Below, one piece after another: positions 19,065 through 31,801 of a stretch of 64,000 nt of DNA. Location: assembly GCA_046484665.1 (NCBI GenBank), contig JAWOIN010000143.1, positions 21,585 through 85,584 on the forward strand, written 5' to 3'. Numbering within the stretch: position 1 is the first letter of the stretch; each line of letters begins with the position of its first letter. The translations under genes were made by a program, and so were the position numbers. Under the pieces are notes generated by a model. That model did not search any database and was not told the origin of the DNA. It saw only the letters and a list, made by a program, of their open reading frames with translations. Origin of the DNA: Gemmatimonadota bacterium (GTDB lineage: Bacteria; Gemmatimonadota; Gemmatimonadetes; Palauibacterales; Palauibacteraceae).

Positions 19065-19721
19065 ATGGGTCTCGTGCCCGGCTTTCCAGTCCACGGAGGG
19101 AGCCCATTGCGAGCGGAGCGCGGCGATTCTCCCGGCACCCGGCCGCCTCGCGACGGGCCTGACGCCGCGGGCGAGATCACCGGCATCCTGGCACGCTGCG
19201 CGAACGGCGATCGGGCGGCGTTCGACCGGCTCGTCCCGCTCGTCTACGAGGACCTCAGACGGATCGCGCATCGACGGCTCCGGGCGGAGCGGACGGACCA
19301 CACGCTGGACACGACGGCCCTCGTCCACGAGGCGTACCTGGAGCTCGTCGACCAGGCGACGGCGACCTGGAACGACCGGGCCCACTTCTTCGCGGTCGCG
19401 GCCCGGGTGATCCGGAACGTGCTGGTTGACTACGCCCGGCGGCAGGGCGCCGAGAAGCGGGGCGGGGACCGGGTCCGGGTGCCGCTGGGGCCGGAGGCCG
19501 CGCGCACGGAAGGCGGGCCCGGCGCCGTGGAGCTGATCGCGCTCGACCGGGCGCTCACCCGGCTCGGACTGCACGATCCGGAGCTGGAGAGAATGGTCGA
19601 GTGCCGGTACTTCGCCGGGATGACCGTCCCGGAAACGGCGGAGGCGCTCGGCACGTCGGAGCGGACGGTCGCGCGGAACTGGACACGGGCTCGGGCCTAC
19701 CTGTTCGACGCGCTCTCCTGA
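19065..19721 (+). CDS. ECF sigma factor (STK-associated type)
   Basis: LVPLVYEDLRRIA, HTLDTTALVHEAYL, AEKRGG, VECRYFAG. Start uncertain. Confidence 0.9.
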   Translation: MGLVPGFPVHGGSPLRAERGDSPGTRPPRDGPDAAGEITGILARCANGDRAAFDRLVPLVYEDLRRIAHRRLRAERTDHTLDTTALVHEAYLELVDQATATWNDRAHFFAVAARVIRNVLVDYARRQGAEKRGGDRVRVPLGPEAARTEGGPGAVELIALDRALTRLGLHDPELERMVECRYFAGMTVPETAEALGTSERTVARNWTRARAYLFDALS

Positions 19722-19764
19722 GCCGCGCATCCGCTCCGAGCGCGCTACCTCCACGGGAGGACGA

Positions 19765-22287
19765 ATGGCGGACCGGCTCCCCCCGGACGACTGGCGCCGG
19801 GTCGACGATCTGTTCGCCGAGGCCCTCGACTGGCCGGCCGAGGAACGGGAGGAGCGGCTGTACGTCGCCTGCGCGGGAGACCCGGCCCTCCGCGACGCCG
19901 TAGCCGCGCTCCTGGCCGCCGCGAGCGACTCCGAGGGTTTCCTCGAGCGCCCCCCGACGCTTCCCGCCGAGGCCCTCGAGAGCATCGAGCGCCTCGGCGA
20001 CCCGGACTCCGACCTGATCGGAAGCGTCGCCGGGCGATACCGGATCCTCGAGCGGATCGGGCGCGGCGGGATGGCTTCCGTCTGGCTCGCGGAGCGGACG
20101 GACGGACTGTTCCGCCGGCGTGTCGCCCTCAAGATCGTCCGCCCCGGGCTCGACACGGAAGACGTGCTCGCGCGCTTCCACGCCGAGCGGCGCATCCTCT
20201 CCTCGCTGGAACACCCGAACATCGCGAGGCTCTACGACGGGGGCTCCACGCAGGACGGCCGGCCGTTTCTCGCGCTCGAGTACGTCGAGGGCCTGCCGAT
20301 CGACGAGTACTGCGACGCCCGGAGCTGCACGGTGGAGGAACGGCTTCGGCTGTTCCTCGAGGTGGGGCGCGCCGTGCAGTTCGCGCACGGCCGGCTCGTC
20401 ATCCACCGCGACATCAAGCCGTCGAACATCCTGGTCGGAGAAGACGGGGTACCGAAGCTGCTCGACTTCGGGATCGCGAAGCTGCTCGACTCGACCGACG
20501 AGGAGTCGCATCAAACCCGCACCGGGCTCCAGCCACTCACGCTCCGGTACGCGAGCCCGGAGCAGGTCCGCGGGGAGCCCGTGACCACGGCGTCCGACGT
20601 ATACCAGCTCGGCGTGCTGCTGTACGGTTTGCTGACGGGCGTCTCGCCTCACGACGTGGGAGACGGCTCCCGGTGGTCGATCGGGGAGGCGATCCTCGCG
20701 ACGCCCCCGCGTCCGCCGAGCCGCGCGGCGCGCACCGCTCCGCCCGAGGCGGGCTCCCGGAGAGGCGCGACCACCGATCGGCTTTCACGCCGCCTCGCCG
20801 GCGACCTCGACACGATCGTGCTCCGGGCCCTCGAGAAGGACCCCGCCGACCGCTACTCGACGGCGATCGAGCTCGTGGAGGACGTGCGGAGGCACCTCGA
20901 GGGCCGGCCGATCGCCGCCCGCCGGGCGAGCGTGCCCTACCGGGTCCGGAAGTACTTCCGCCGGAACCGGTGGGCCGCGCCGGCGCTCGCCGCCGCGACG
21001 CTCGCGCTGGCCGGATACGTGGCGACGGTGGAGCGGCACGGCCGGCAGCTCGAGCGGGAGCGGAACCTGGCCCGGGCCGAAGCTTCTCGCGCGGCCGCGG
21101 TCCGTGACTTCCTGACGGACATCTTCGAGACGGCGCGACCGAACGCGGGCGGCGACACCATGACGGTCAGCGCCCTGGTCGACGGGGCCGCCGACCGCGT
21201 GGACGCGGACTTCTCCGCTCACCCGTCCGTCCTCGCCGAGCTCTCGGGCACGCTCGGCGCCATCTACCTGTCGCTCGGGCGGTACGAGCAGGCCAGGGAA
21301 CATCTCGAGCGGGCCGTGTTCCTGCTGGAGGGGGAGCCCGCCGATCCGGGACGGGACGTGCGGCTGGCCGCGGCGCTGCGGAGGCTCGGCGCGGCCCTGC
21401 GCGGCGTGGACGTGGACAGCGGGTCGCGGCTCCGCGCGCGGGCGTACCAGGTCGCGAGCGCCATCCGTCCCACGACGCCGGAAGCTGCCCTCGTGATCCT
21501 GGAGACGGCGCACGAGGCGCTCCCCGCGGACCGCGACTCCGCGCAGCGGGCGCGCCTCGCCGCGGTCGAGGTCCTGCGCAGCGACCCGGAGGGGCGCGAA
21601 CGGCTGGCGACGGCGCTGCAGGACGTGGCCCACGACGGCGGCGAGAACGCGCTGCCGTTCCAGGAGGAGGCGCTCCGGATCCGTCGCGAGCTGTTCGGCG
21701 ACTGGCACTTCGCCGTCGCGGCGAGCCTGAACGACCTCGCGATGATCCACGACGGGCGCGAGACGGGATCGGGGGACTCGCTCATGCTGCGCGCGATCGA
21801 GATCGACCGCGAGGTGCTCGGTCCCGCGCACTCGACGACGCTCTCAATCCTCAACAACTACGCCTGGATGCTCGTCGAGCGCGGCGACCTCGAGGGAGGG
21901 GTCCGCGTGTTCCGGGAGGTGCTGGCGGAGCGGGACCGGGCCTATCCGAACGAGCGGTGGCGCCTGTCCTATCCGCTGCACGGCCTCGGCGTGACACTCA
22001 TGGAGCTCGGCGAGCACGCGGAGGCGGAGGAGGTCCTCCGGGAGACCGTCCGCGTCCTCGAGCAGCACGGAGGGGACGAGGGTCGGCTCACCCGGATTAC
22101 GGCGACGTCCTGGACGAGCCTCGCGCGCTGCCTCCTCGCGCAGGGACGGCTGGACGAGAGCGAGAGCCTCGCGTGGAAGGTGCTCGACGAGACGTCGTCG
22201 AGCCCGCAGCTCGCGAGCCTCTCGAAGAGCGCCAGCCGGCTGCTCGAGCAGATCGCCGTGGCCCGCAGCGAGGCCGCCCTCCGCTGA
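19765..22287 (+). CDS. Ser/Thr protein kinase with TM and TPR repeats
   Basis: GRGGMASV, VALK, HRDIKPSN, DFG, ASPEQ, a TM segment and TPR-like repeats. Confidence 0.93.
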   Translation: MADRLPPDDWRRVDDLFAEALDWPAEEREERLYVACAGDPALRDAVAALLAAASDSEGFLERPPTLPAEALESIERLGDPDSDLIGSVAGRYRILERIGRGGMASVWLAERTDGLFRRRVALKIVRPGLDTEDVLARFHAERRILSSLEHPNIARLYDGGSTQDGRPFLALEYVEGLPIDEYCDARSCTVEERLRLFLEVGRAVQFAHGRLVIHRDIKPSNILVGEDGVPKLLDFGIAKLLDSTDEESHQTRTGLQPLTLRYASPEQVRGEPVTTASDVYQLGVLLYGLLTGVSPHDVGDGSRWSIGEAILATPPRPPSRAARTAPPEAGSRRGATTDRLSRRLAGDLDTIVLRALEKDPADRYSTAIELVEDVRRHLEGRPIAARRASVPYRVRKYFRRNRWAAPALAAATLALAGYVATVERHGRQLERERNLARAEASRAAAVRDFLTDIFETARPNAGGDTMTVSALVDGAADRVDADFSAHPSVLAELSGTLGAIYLSLGRYEQAREHLERAVFLLEGEPADPGRDVRLAAALRRLGAALRGVDVDSGSRLRARAYQVASAIRPTTPEAALVILETAHEALPADRDSAQRARLAAVEVLRSDPEGRERLATALQDVAHDGGENALPFQEEALRIRRELFGDWHFAVAASLNDLAMIHDGRETGSGDSLMLRAIEIDREVLGPAHSTTLSILNNYAWMLVERGDLEGGVRVFREVLAERDRAYPNERWRLSYPLHGLGVTLMELGEHAEAEEVLRETVRVLEQHGGDEGRLTRITATSWTSLARCLLAQGRLDESESLAWKVLDETSSSPQLASLSKSASRLLEQIAVARSEAALR

Positions 22288-22418
22288 CCCTTCGGCAGGC
22301 CGGCGCGCCGCGGACCCGCGCCGTCCCTGCCACCGGTGGCAGTTCCTTCTCTCCGATTCCGCTCTACGGGTGCAGGTCCTTGCACAGGCCCCCGACCGGC
22401 ACCCGAAGGAGACGGAAC

Positions 22419-23756
22419 ATGCGCTCGACTCCACTCGCCCGCGTAGTGGCGATCGCGGTCGCGGTCGCGATCGCGACACCCGCCACCGGGCACGCCCAGA
22501 TCTTCAAGAAGCTGAAGGAGACCGCGAAGCAGGCGGCCGAGGAAGAACTGCTCGGCCAGACGGACCGGCTCGTGCGGGAGGGGGTCGCCTGCCCGTTCAA
22601 CGACTTCGAGTGCATCGACGGCGCGAAGAGCTCGGGCGACGACTACTACCTGACGGACGAGCAGGGCGAGATGCTCGTCGACGAGGAGGGCGAGGCCGTC
22701 ACCGACCCCGGCGAGGCCGCGGAGATGATGGGCGGCGGGGCCGTGCCTCCCCCGCCGGGCGCCGCGGGCGCCCCGCCGCCGGCCGATTTCAGCACCGCGT
22801 ACTCGAACTACGACTTCGTGCCCGGCGACCGGGTTCTCGTGGACGAGGACTACGCGAGGGACAACGTGGGCGACTTTCCGCGTCGCTTCTCGCTCGTCCA
22901 GGGGAGCTTCGAGGTCATCGAGTGGCAGGGCGAGCGGTACGTCCGGGCGCTGTCGGGCGGCTCCTTCGCGATCCCGCTCCCGGAGACGCTGCCCGACCAG
23001 TTCACGGTCGAGTACGCGGTCAACCTTCAGCACGGAAACGCGTACGCCCGGTTGACCACGGGTCGCGCCTACTTCGGGCAGCCCAGGGACTTCCGCGGCT
23101 CCGCCGTCTCGATCGAGTTCGCCCGGGCGGGGATCCGGCCCTCGGGCGCCGGCCCCGAGGCACTCGCCCACATCGATCACAAGACCGTGAAGGACGCGAT
23201 CACGCCCGTCCGCGTGATGGCGGATGGCGAGCACATGAAGATCTACCTGGGAGAGGAGCGGGTGGCGAACGTACCGAACGCCGTCTTCCCCCGCTCCGAC
23301 ACTCTGTACGTCTCCGTGGGCTCGGCGACCCCCGAGCACCCGATCCTGGTCGGCGGGTTCCGCATCGCGGCCGGCGGCCTCGACCTCTACGACCGTCTCG
23401 CCGCCGACGGGAGGGTGGCCACGCGGGGCATCCATTTCGACGTGGCCAGTGCCACGATCCGGCCCGAGTCGAGCGGCACGCTGGAGGAGATCGGGACGAT
23501 GCTCCAGGAGCACCCCGAGCTGCGGATCGCGATCGAGGGGCACACGGATTCGGACGGCGATGACGCTTTCAACCAGGACCTTTCCGAGCGCCGCGCGGCC
23601 TCTGTGAAGGACTACCTCGTGGCCAACTACGGCATCGAGGCCGGCCGGCTCGAATCGGTCGGCTTCGGGGAGTCGAGGCCCGTCGCTCCGAACGACACGG
23701 CCGAGGGCAAGCAGCAGAACCGGAGGGTCGAGCTCGTGAGGCTGGGCGGCGCCTGA
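22419..23756 (+). CDS. OmpA-family protein
   Basis: Signal peptide, YDFVPGD, IEGHTD, LSERRA, NRRVE. Confidence 0.9.
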   Translation: MRSTPLARVVAIAVAVAIATPATGHAQIFKKLKETAKQAAEEELLGQTDRLVREGVACPFNDFECIDGAKSSGDDYYLTDEQGEMLVDEEGEAVTDPGEAAEMMGGGAVPPPPGAAGAPPPADFSTAYSNYDFVPGDRVLVDEDYARDNVGDFPRRFSLVQGSFEVIEWQGERYVRALSGGSFAIPLPETLPDQFTVEYAVNLQHGNAYARLTTGRAYFGQPRDFRGSAVSIEFARAGIRPSGAGPEALAHIDHKTVKDAITPVRVMADGEHMKIYLGEERVANVPNAVFPRSDTLYVSVGSATPEHPILVGGFRIAAGGLDLYDRLAADGRVATRGIHFDVASATIRPESSGTLEEIGTMLQEHPELRIAIEGHTDSDGDDAFNQDLSERRAASVKDYLVANYGIEAGRLESVGFGESRPVAPNDTAEGKQQNRRVELVRLGGA

Positions 23757-23844
23757 TCGCCGGCTGGGCGCGCATCACTCGAGCGGGACAGGACCGGAAC
23801 GGGCGTCGTGAGCCCGTGGAACGACACCACAAGGGAGAATCTCG

Positions 23845-24894
23845 ATGTTGAGCAGCTTCGCCGCACCCGCACTCGCCCTGATTTCCGCTCTCACGGCGGG
23901 CATGCCGCAGGACGCGCAGGGAATCCTGATGACGGCCCGGGAGATGAAGGTCGGGCGCGAGGCCGCCGTCCAGAACTACACCGTCGACCAGCGGTCTGCC
24001 GGGAGCCGCCACCTCCTCTACTACGAGCGGGCGCCGGGCACGGACGTGTTTCGAATCGTGCCGCCGGATGAGCTCGCGGCCGAGGAGAGCGGCTACACGC
24101 AGGAGGAGGCCGCCCTCATGGCCTCGGGCATGGCCACCGGCCTTCGAATGCTCGGACCCGCCCTGGCGAGCGAGATGGGACCGGGAGCGGCGGCGCTCGG
24201 GATCGACGGGATGATGGCGGACATGGCGTACTTCCTGGACGAGGCGGCGGCGGCCTCGCGGGAGACGGATGATCCGACTGCAGAAGCGATGCAGGATGAG
24301 TTCGAGATGGCGGCGTTCGCGGCCGCGGCGCGGTACGTGGGCCGGGAGTCGGTGGACGGCAGGGAGGCTTTCCTGCTGCGGGCCGAGGGCGGCACGGTCC
24401 AGGCCTTCGCCCAGTCCACTCCCGAGGGCGGGACGTTCACGCCGAAGACGGTGAGCCTGTGGATCGATACGCAGTACTACGTCCCGCTCCGACTCCGGGT
24501 CGAGGGAACGATGTCGGACGGAGCGCGCACGAGCCCGATCACGATCGAGAAGATCGACTCGGGCTACGAATTCTTCGGCGGAATGGGCGGCGGCGTCCTG
24601 CTTCCGAAGCTCCAGACGATGCGGATCGACGGCCTCACGGGAGCGGGGATGACCGAGAAGGAGAGGGCCGAGATGGAGAAGGCCCAGGCGGAGCTGGCGA
24701 AGGCCAAGGCGGAGCTCGACAAGCTGCCGAAGGAACAGAAGGACATGATCATGAGCCGGATGGGCAAACAGTTCGAGCAGCTGGAGAGCATGGCCTCCGG
24801 CGGCGCGATCGAAGCCACGATCGAGATCCTGAACGTGAAGGTCAACGAAGGCCCGCCGGACGTGGAGGACTACGCGGAGGTCATCGGTCAGTGA
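23845..24894 (+). CDS. Exported hypothetical protein
   Basis: Long high-GC3 ORF with SD, signal-like N-terminus and C-terminal helical segment. Confidence 0.75.
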   Translation: MLSSFAAPALALISALTAGMPQDAQGILMTAREMKVGREAAVQNYTVDQRSAGSRHLLYYERAPGTDVFRIVPPDELAAEESGYTQEEAALMASGMATGLRMLGPALASEMGPGAAALGIDGMMADMAYFLDEAAAASRETDDPTAEAMQDEFEMAAFAAAARYVGRESVDGREAFLLRAEGGTVQAFAQSTPEGGTFTPKTVSLWIDTQYYVPLRLRVEGTMSDGARTSPITIEKIDSGYEFFGGMGGGVLLPKLQTMRIDGLTGAGMTEKERAEMEKAQAELAKAKAELDKLPKEQKDMIMSRMGKQFEQLESMASGGAIEATIEILNVKVNEGPPDVEDYAEVIGQ

Positions 24895-24987
24895 CCCCGA
24901 GGACCTGCAAGCTCGCGAGCAGGGCGACGAAGGGGTCGTCAGACCACACCGTCGACTTCGGCAATCCCTCGACTCGAGGTATGTAGG

Positions 24988-25410
24988 ATGTTCGAACAGC
25001 GATCGTCGACGGGACGACGCGGCTTTCTCCGGCATGTTCCGGGCTTCCTGGCGGCCCTGGCGGGCGGCGCCGCCCTGTCGGGCCTGCGGCCCGCTCGCCT
25101 GCCCGCCATCGGACCGGCGGTCACGCCGGAGAAGTTCGGCGGGGAGAACTGGATCGGAGAGATCGTCACGGTTCCGTACAGTTTCGCGCCGCGCGGCTTC
25201 GCGTTCTGCGAAGGCCAGGAGCTGCCCGTCCAGCAGTACCAGGCCCTGTTCTCCCTGATCGGGACGTACTTCGGAGGTGACGGCCGCACGACGTTCAAGC
25301 TGCCCGACACGCGCCCGCTCGAGCTGGCGCACCAGAAGCAGCTGCGAGCCTCGAGGCCGCCCTTCCGCTACGCGATCGCCCTGACCGGCCTCTTCCCGAG
25401 CCGGTCGTGA
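24988..25410 (+). CDS. Tat-signal phage tail-collar domain protein
   Basis: TGRRGFL, IGEI...FAPRGFAFCEGQ.L...QYQALFSLIGTYFGGDGRTTFKLPD, IALTGLFPSR. Confidence 0.85.
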   Translation: MFEQRSSTGRRGFLRHVPGFLAALAGGAALSGLRPARLPAIGPAVTPEKFGGENWIGEIVTVPYSFAPRGFAFCEGQELPVQQYQALFSLIGTYFGGDGRTTFKLPDTRPLELAHQKQLRASRPPFRYAIALTGLFPSRS

Positions 25411-25512
25411 CCAGACCGCGCTGGAGAAGCCGATGTTCAGCAGCACAGCTGTAGCCACGCTCGATCGTGGGAACGTCCCGACCGACAACGAAACGCGAAC
25501 CGGGTGAGGGCA

Positions 25513-26040
25513 ATGATCGAACGGCGGAAAGTACACGTGGGCTTCGGTGCCCTGGCGACTCTCGCGGCCATCGCCGTCGCAGCGATGCTGCCGCCGCCCG
25601 GCGTGGCGCGTCCCGGTCCTTCCAACCCCTGCGCCACGATCTCCCCTCGCAGCCTGGAGTTGTACGGCCGCACCATCGCCGCGGCGCACAAGTCGGCGTC
25701 CGCCGACGCCGCGAAGAACGGGTCCGCGGGAGCGTACGCGGTCGCGGCGACGAACAGCCGGGATCTCCTGAAGCGGGCGGTGGACCGCAACGCTGCCGCG
25801 ATCGCGGCGCTCCAGAGCTCGAATCCCGCGGTGACCACGGCCGCCGAGGCGGGCACGGTCAAGGAGCACGTCCGCTACATCCTCGAGGTCGTGCCCCAGG
25901 CGGCCCACTGGTCATTGGTCAGCGAGATCTACCACGACAGCCCGGACGCCCGGAGGGCGTTCGAGGGCAGCGTGAAGGTGCTGGAGGAAGGCAACCGCAT
26001 CTTCGCGGAGGCCGGCCGTTGCTACATGGACGGGCTCTGA
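25513..26040 (+). CDS. Exported hypothetical protein
   Basis: Signal peptide, helical composition, one Cys near each end of the mature part. Confidence 0.7.
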   Translation: MIERRKVHVGFGALATLAAIAVAAMLPPPGVARPGPSNPCATISPRSLELYGRTIAAAHKSASADAAKNGSAGAYAVAATNSRDLLKRAVDRNAAAIAALQSSNPAVTTAAEAGTVKEHVRYILEVVPQAAHWSLVSEIYHDSPDARRAFEGSVKVLEEGNRIFAEAGRCYMDGL

Positions 26041-26062
26041 CCGCCGGGGAATGGGTGCACTC

Positions 26063-26326
26063 ATGAGCAGACAGCCGGTGACACGGTTCTCGGGACGGCC
26101 GGTGCGGTGGCCGGTCGTCGCGGAGCAAGCCGGCACCACGGTCACGGCGGCAGAAGTCATGCGCGCCATCGACGTGCGCAAGGTCTCGGCCTTCCTCGAC
26201 TCCCGCACCGCCGCCGGCGCGACCGGGATTCTCCTGGTGGCGATCCCGGCGCTCGACGGCTCGAGCAAGGACGCGGAGAGTACGACCACGAGCCCGAGGT
26301 TCGTCCGGCCGAAAGTATTCGACTGA
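26063..26326 (+). pseudogene. Fragment paralogous to the C-terminus of 26481..27077
   Basis: MRAID...SAFL...AA.ATG..L.AIPALDG.SK...S.TT.PRF is shared. No signal peptide. Confidence 0.6.
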
Positions 26327-26480
26327 ACCCGGCGCCGGTCCGAAAACGGAGTGGAGAGGCCATGTCCGCTCGATCCAATCTCGCATGCGTGGTGTTCGTG
26401 CCCGCCCTCGGAGTCGCGGACGGCGGGGCCGGCGCAGGTCCCGACGTCGCCGCGGGCTCACCAACGAAGGGGAGCGAAGG

Positions 26481-27077
26481 ATGAACGTGAAGACGCTGGC
26501 CGGCATGCTGGCCGGGCTCGGAGTACTCGCATCTGCCCCCGCGGCGCAGGCGCAGATGCAGTTCACGCTGACCTTTCCGGACGTGTGCCTGCGTGCCATC
26601 CACGGCGAGGAAGGGGCTGCGTGGGACCTGGTCCGCCGCTACGGACTGGTGCTGACCGCCGAGGGCGAGCTCAACCTCGCCGGGACCGTCACGCGCTCTT
26701 CCAGCGGCGGCGTCGACGTCGTCGTGGTCGCGCTGGCGGTCGACAAGGGGAAGGTCGTGAACGTGTGGCGGTCCCGGTCGCAGGTGCCGGCGGGAGACGG
26801 ATCCGTCCCGCTGTCGGGGAAGGACTTCCTTCCCGGCTGGCCGTTCCCCGGTCCGGCGGGGACCGTCACGTCCGAGCTCGCAGGCACGCCGATCACCGTC
26901 GCCGACGCCATGCGGGCGATCGACTCGGGCTCCGCGTCGGCTTTCCTCGGCCGGACGGCCGCCGATGCCACAGGACTCGTCCTGATCGCGATTCCGGCCC
27001 TGGACGGGGCGAGCAAGGCGGCGGCGAGTTCCACGACCAACCCCCGGTTCGCCCGCACCGAGAGGTTCACGGACTGA
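26481..27077 (+). CDS. Exported hypothetical protein
   Basis: SD, signal peptide AQA, ends TERFTD. Confidence 0.75.
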   Translation: MNVKTLAGMLAGLGVLASAPAAQAQMQFTLTFPDVCLRAIHGEEGAAWDLVRRYGLVLTAEGELNLAGTVTRSSSGGVDVVVVALAVDKGKVVNVWRSRSQVPAGDGSVPLSGKDFLPGWPFPGPAGTVTSELAGTPITVADAMRAIDSGSASAFLGRTAADATGLVLIAIPALDGASKAAASSTTNPRFARTERFTD

Positions 27078-27101
27078 CCCCACTGAACCGAAGGAGGAGA
27101 C

Positions 27102-27584
27102 ATGTTCGTTCGGACCATCATCGCCTGCGCGATTCTCGTACCTGCACTCGCAGTCGTGGCGGGTTCGGAGGCCTCGCACCCCGACGCAGCCCGGGCCGCC
27201 GTGACGATCGAGGAGATCGACACCCCGATGGGCTGCCAGGTGAACGTCACGGCCAAGAACGGCGGCAGCAGCGGAGACATCTGGTTCTGGAGCGAGGAGA
27301 GCCGGGTCCGGACCCGCCAGGGCGTGGTGAAGTTCTGGGGCCCGTGGAAGAAGCCGCTCCCCATGTCGAACCGACGGATCCGGCCCGGCGAGCTGGCCAA
27401 GATGACGATGGAACTGGACCTCGGCTGCGACTTCGCGCGGCAGTACGAGTTCCGTCTGTGGAAGGGCACGAAGACGAACGCCGTGACCCGGTGCTACGGC
27501 GGCGACAAGGGCACGACGCGCAGGGACATCCCCCTCAGCGACGTGGACCGGCTGTTCAGCACGAGCACCAACGTCGGGTGCTGA
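27102..27584 (+). CDS. Exported hypothetical protein (4 Cys in the mature part)
   Basis: AAGGAGG SD, signal peptide, beta-rich, ends in Cys. Confidence 0.75.
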   Translation: MFVRTIIACAILVPALAVVAGSEASHPDAARAAVTIEEIDTPMGCQVNVTAKNGGSSGDIWFWSEESRVRTRQGVVKFWGPWKKPLPMSNRRIRPGELAKMTMELDLGCDFARQYEFRLWKGTKTNAVTRCYGGDKGTTRRDIPLSDVDRLFSTSTNVGC

Positions 27585-27708
27585 GGCGTGACGCCGCTCC
27601 CTCGTCGGGGTGGTCGGTCCTCGCGGCGCTCCGTCGAGCCCGGGTGGGTCTTGCGCATCGTCTGGTTCCGACGGGGGAGCCGCGATCACCAGGATCGGAG
27701 CAACCAAG

Positions 27709-28353
27709 ATGCAAATGCACAATTGTCACCAAGTATGCGAACGGAGCGCCGGTCGTCCTCTCGTCGCCCGCGTGGCCCTCGCCCTCGTATTCGGGCTCGT
27801 GTCCGTGCACGGGCTCGGCGCGCCAAAGCGCGTCGTCGCGCAGACGAGCGCCGCGATCAGCACCTCGATCACGCTCGATGCGCGGCGTGGCGCCGAGCTC
27901 GCGAACCGCACGAAGGGCAGCGTCGATTTCTCGGAGCTCCTCCGCCAGACGGGGAGCGTGGAGCTGCGCGGCGCGAAGGCGCTCTCACTCGTCCTCCACG
28001 TGCACCAGATGCAGGGAACCAGGATCGTCCGCACCTACCGGTCGTCTCCGTTCACGGTGCCGGAGAATGGTGCGCTGCCACTGCGCGAGGCCCTGCAGCC
28101 CGGGCAGCCCGAGTACGGCAGCATCGTGTACGATCCCGAGCTGATCCGTCAGGCCGAGGAAGCCGTCCCGGCCGGCTACGCGGTCACGGATCCCGGGCGG
28201 TTCGTGATCAACGGCGTCATCCCGTACAAGCCGAAGAACTGGGAACGCATGGACGCGTTCTATCTCGTCGCCGTTCCCGCCGACCGCCGGGTCGCCGCGG
28301 AGGCGACGGCGCGCTTCAGCGTGCTGTTCGCGATGCCGGAGCGCTTCGACTGA
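27709..28353 (+). CDS. Exported hypothetical protein, distant paralog of 26481..27077
   Basis: Hydrophobic N-terminal segment, G.LPL...QPG, LVAVPA, ends PERFD. Confidence 0.7.
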   Translation: MQMHNCHQVCERSAGRPLVARVALALVFGLVSVHGLGAPKRVVAQTSAAISTSITLDARRGAELANRTKGSVDFSELLRQTGSVELRGAKALSLVLHVHQMQGTRIVRTYRSSPFTVPENGALPLREALQPGQPEYGSIVYDPELIRQAEEAVPAGYAVTDPGRFVINGVIPYKPKNWERMDAFYLVAVPADRRVAAEATARFSVLFAMPERFD

Positions 28354-28446
28354 CACGGGATCCAGGGGGGGCGCGGACCGGGGGACGGGTCGCGCGCCAC
28401 GCTCCGGCGTCCGCGGCGGCGGCCAGGCGAGAGGGGGGAGCCCTGC

Positions 28447-28474
28447 TTGACTCCCAGGTTCCCCGGCGTATAGT
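28447..28474 (+). promoter_or_regulatory. Sigma70 promoter for leaderless carB
   Basis: TTGACT-16-TATAGT, 6 nt before the ATG, no SD. Confidence 0.65.
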
Positions 28475-28480
28475 CCCGCG

Positions 28481-31780
<3,300 letters not shown>

Positions 31781-31801
31781 CCGGGATGGGCCAGGTCTCC
31801 G

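Noticed and set aside
24988-28353. Prophage or tailocin remnant
   Set aside because: Only a collar domain is present. There are no sheath, tube, baseplate, capsid or integrase genes, and the neighbours have signal peptides.
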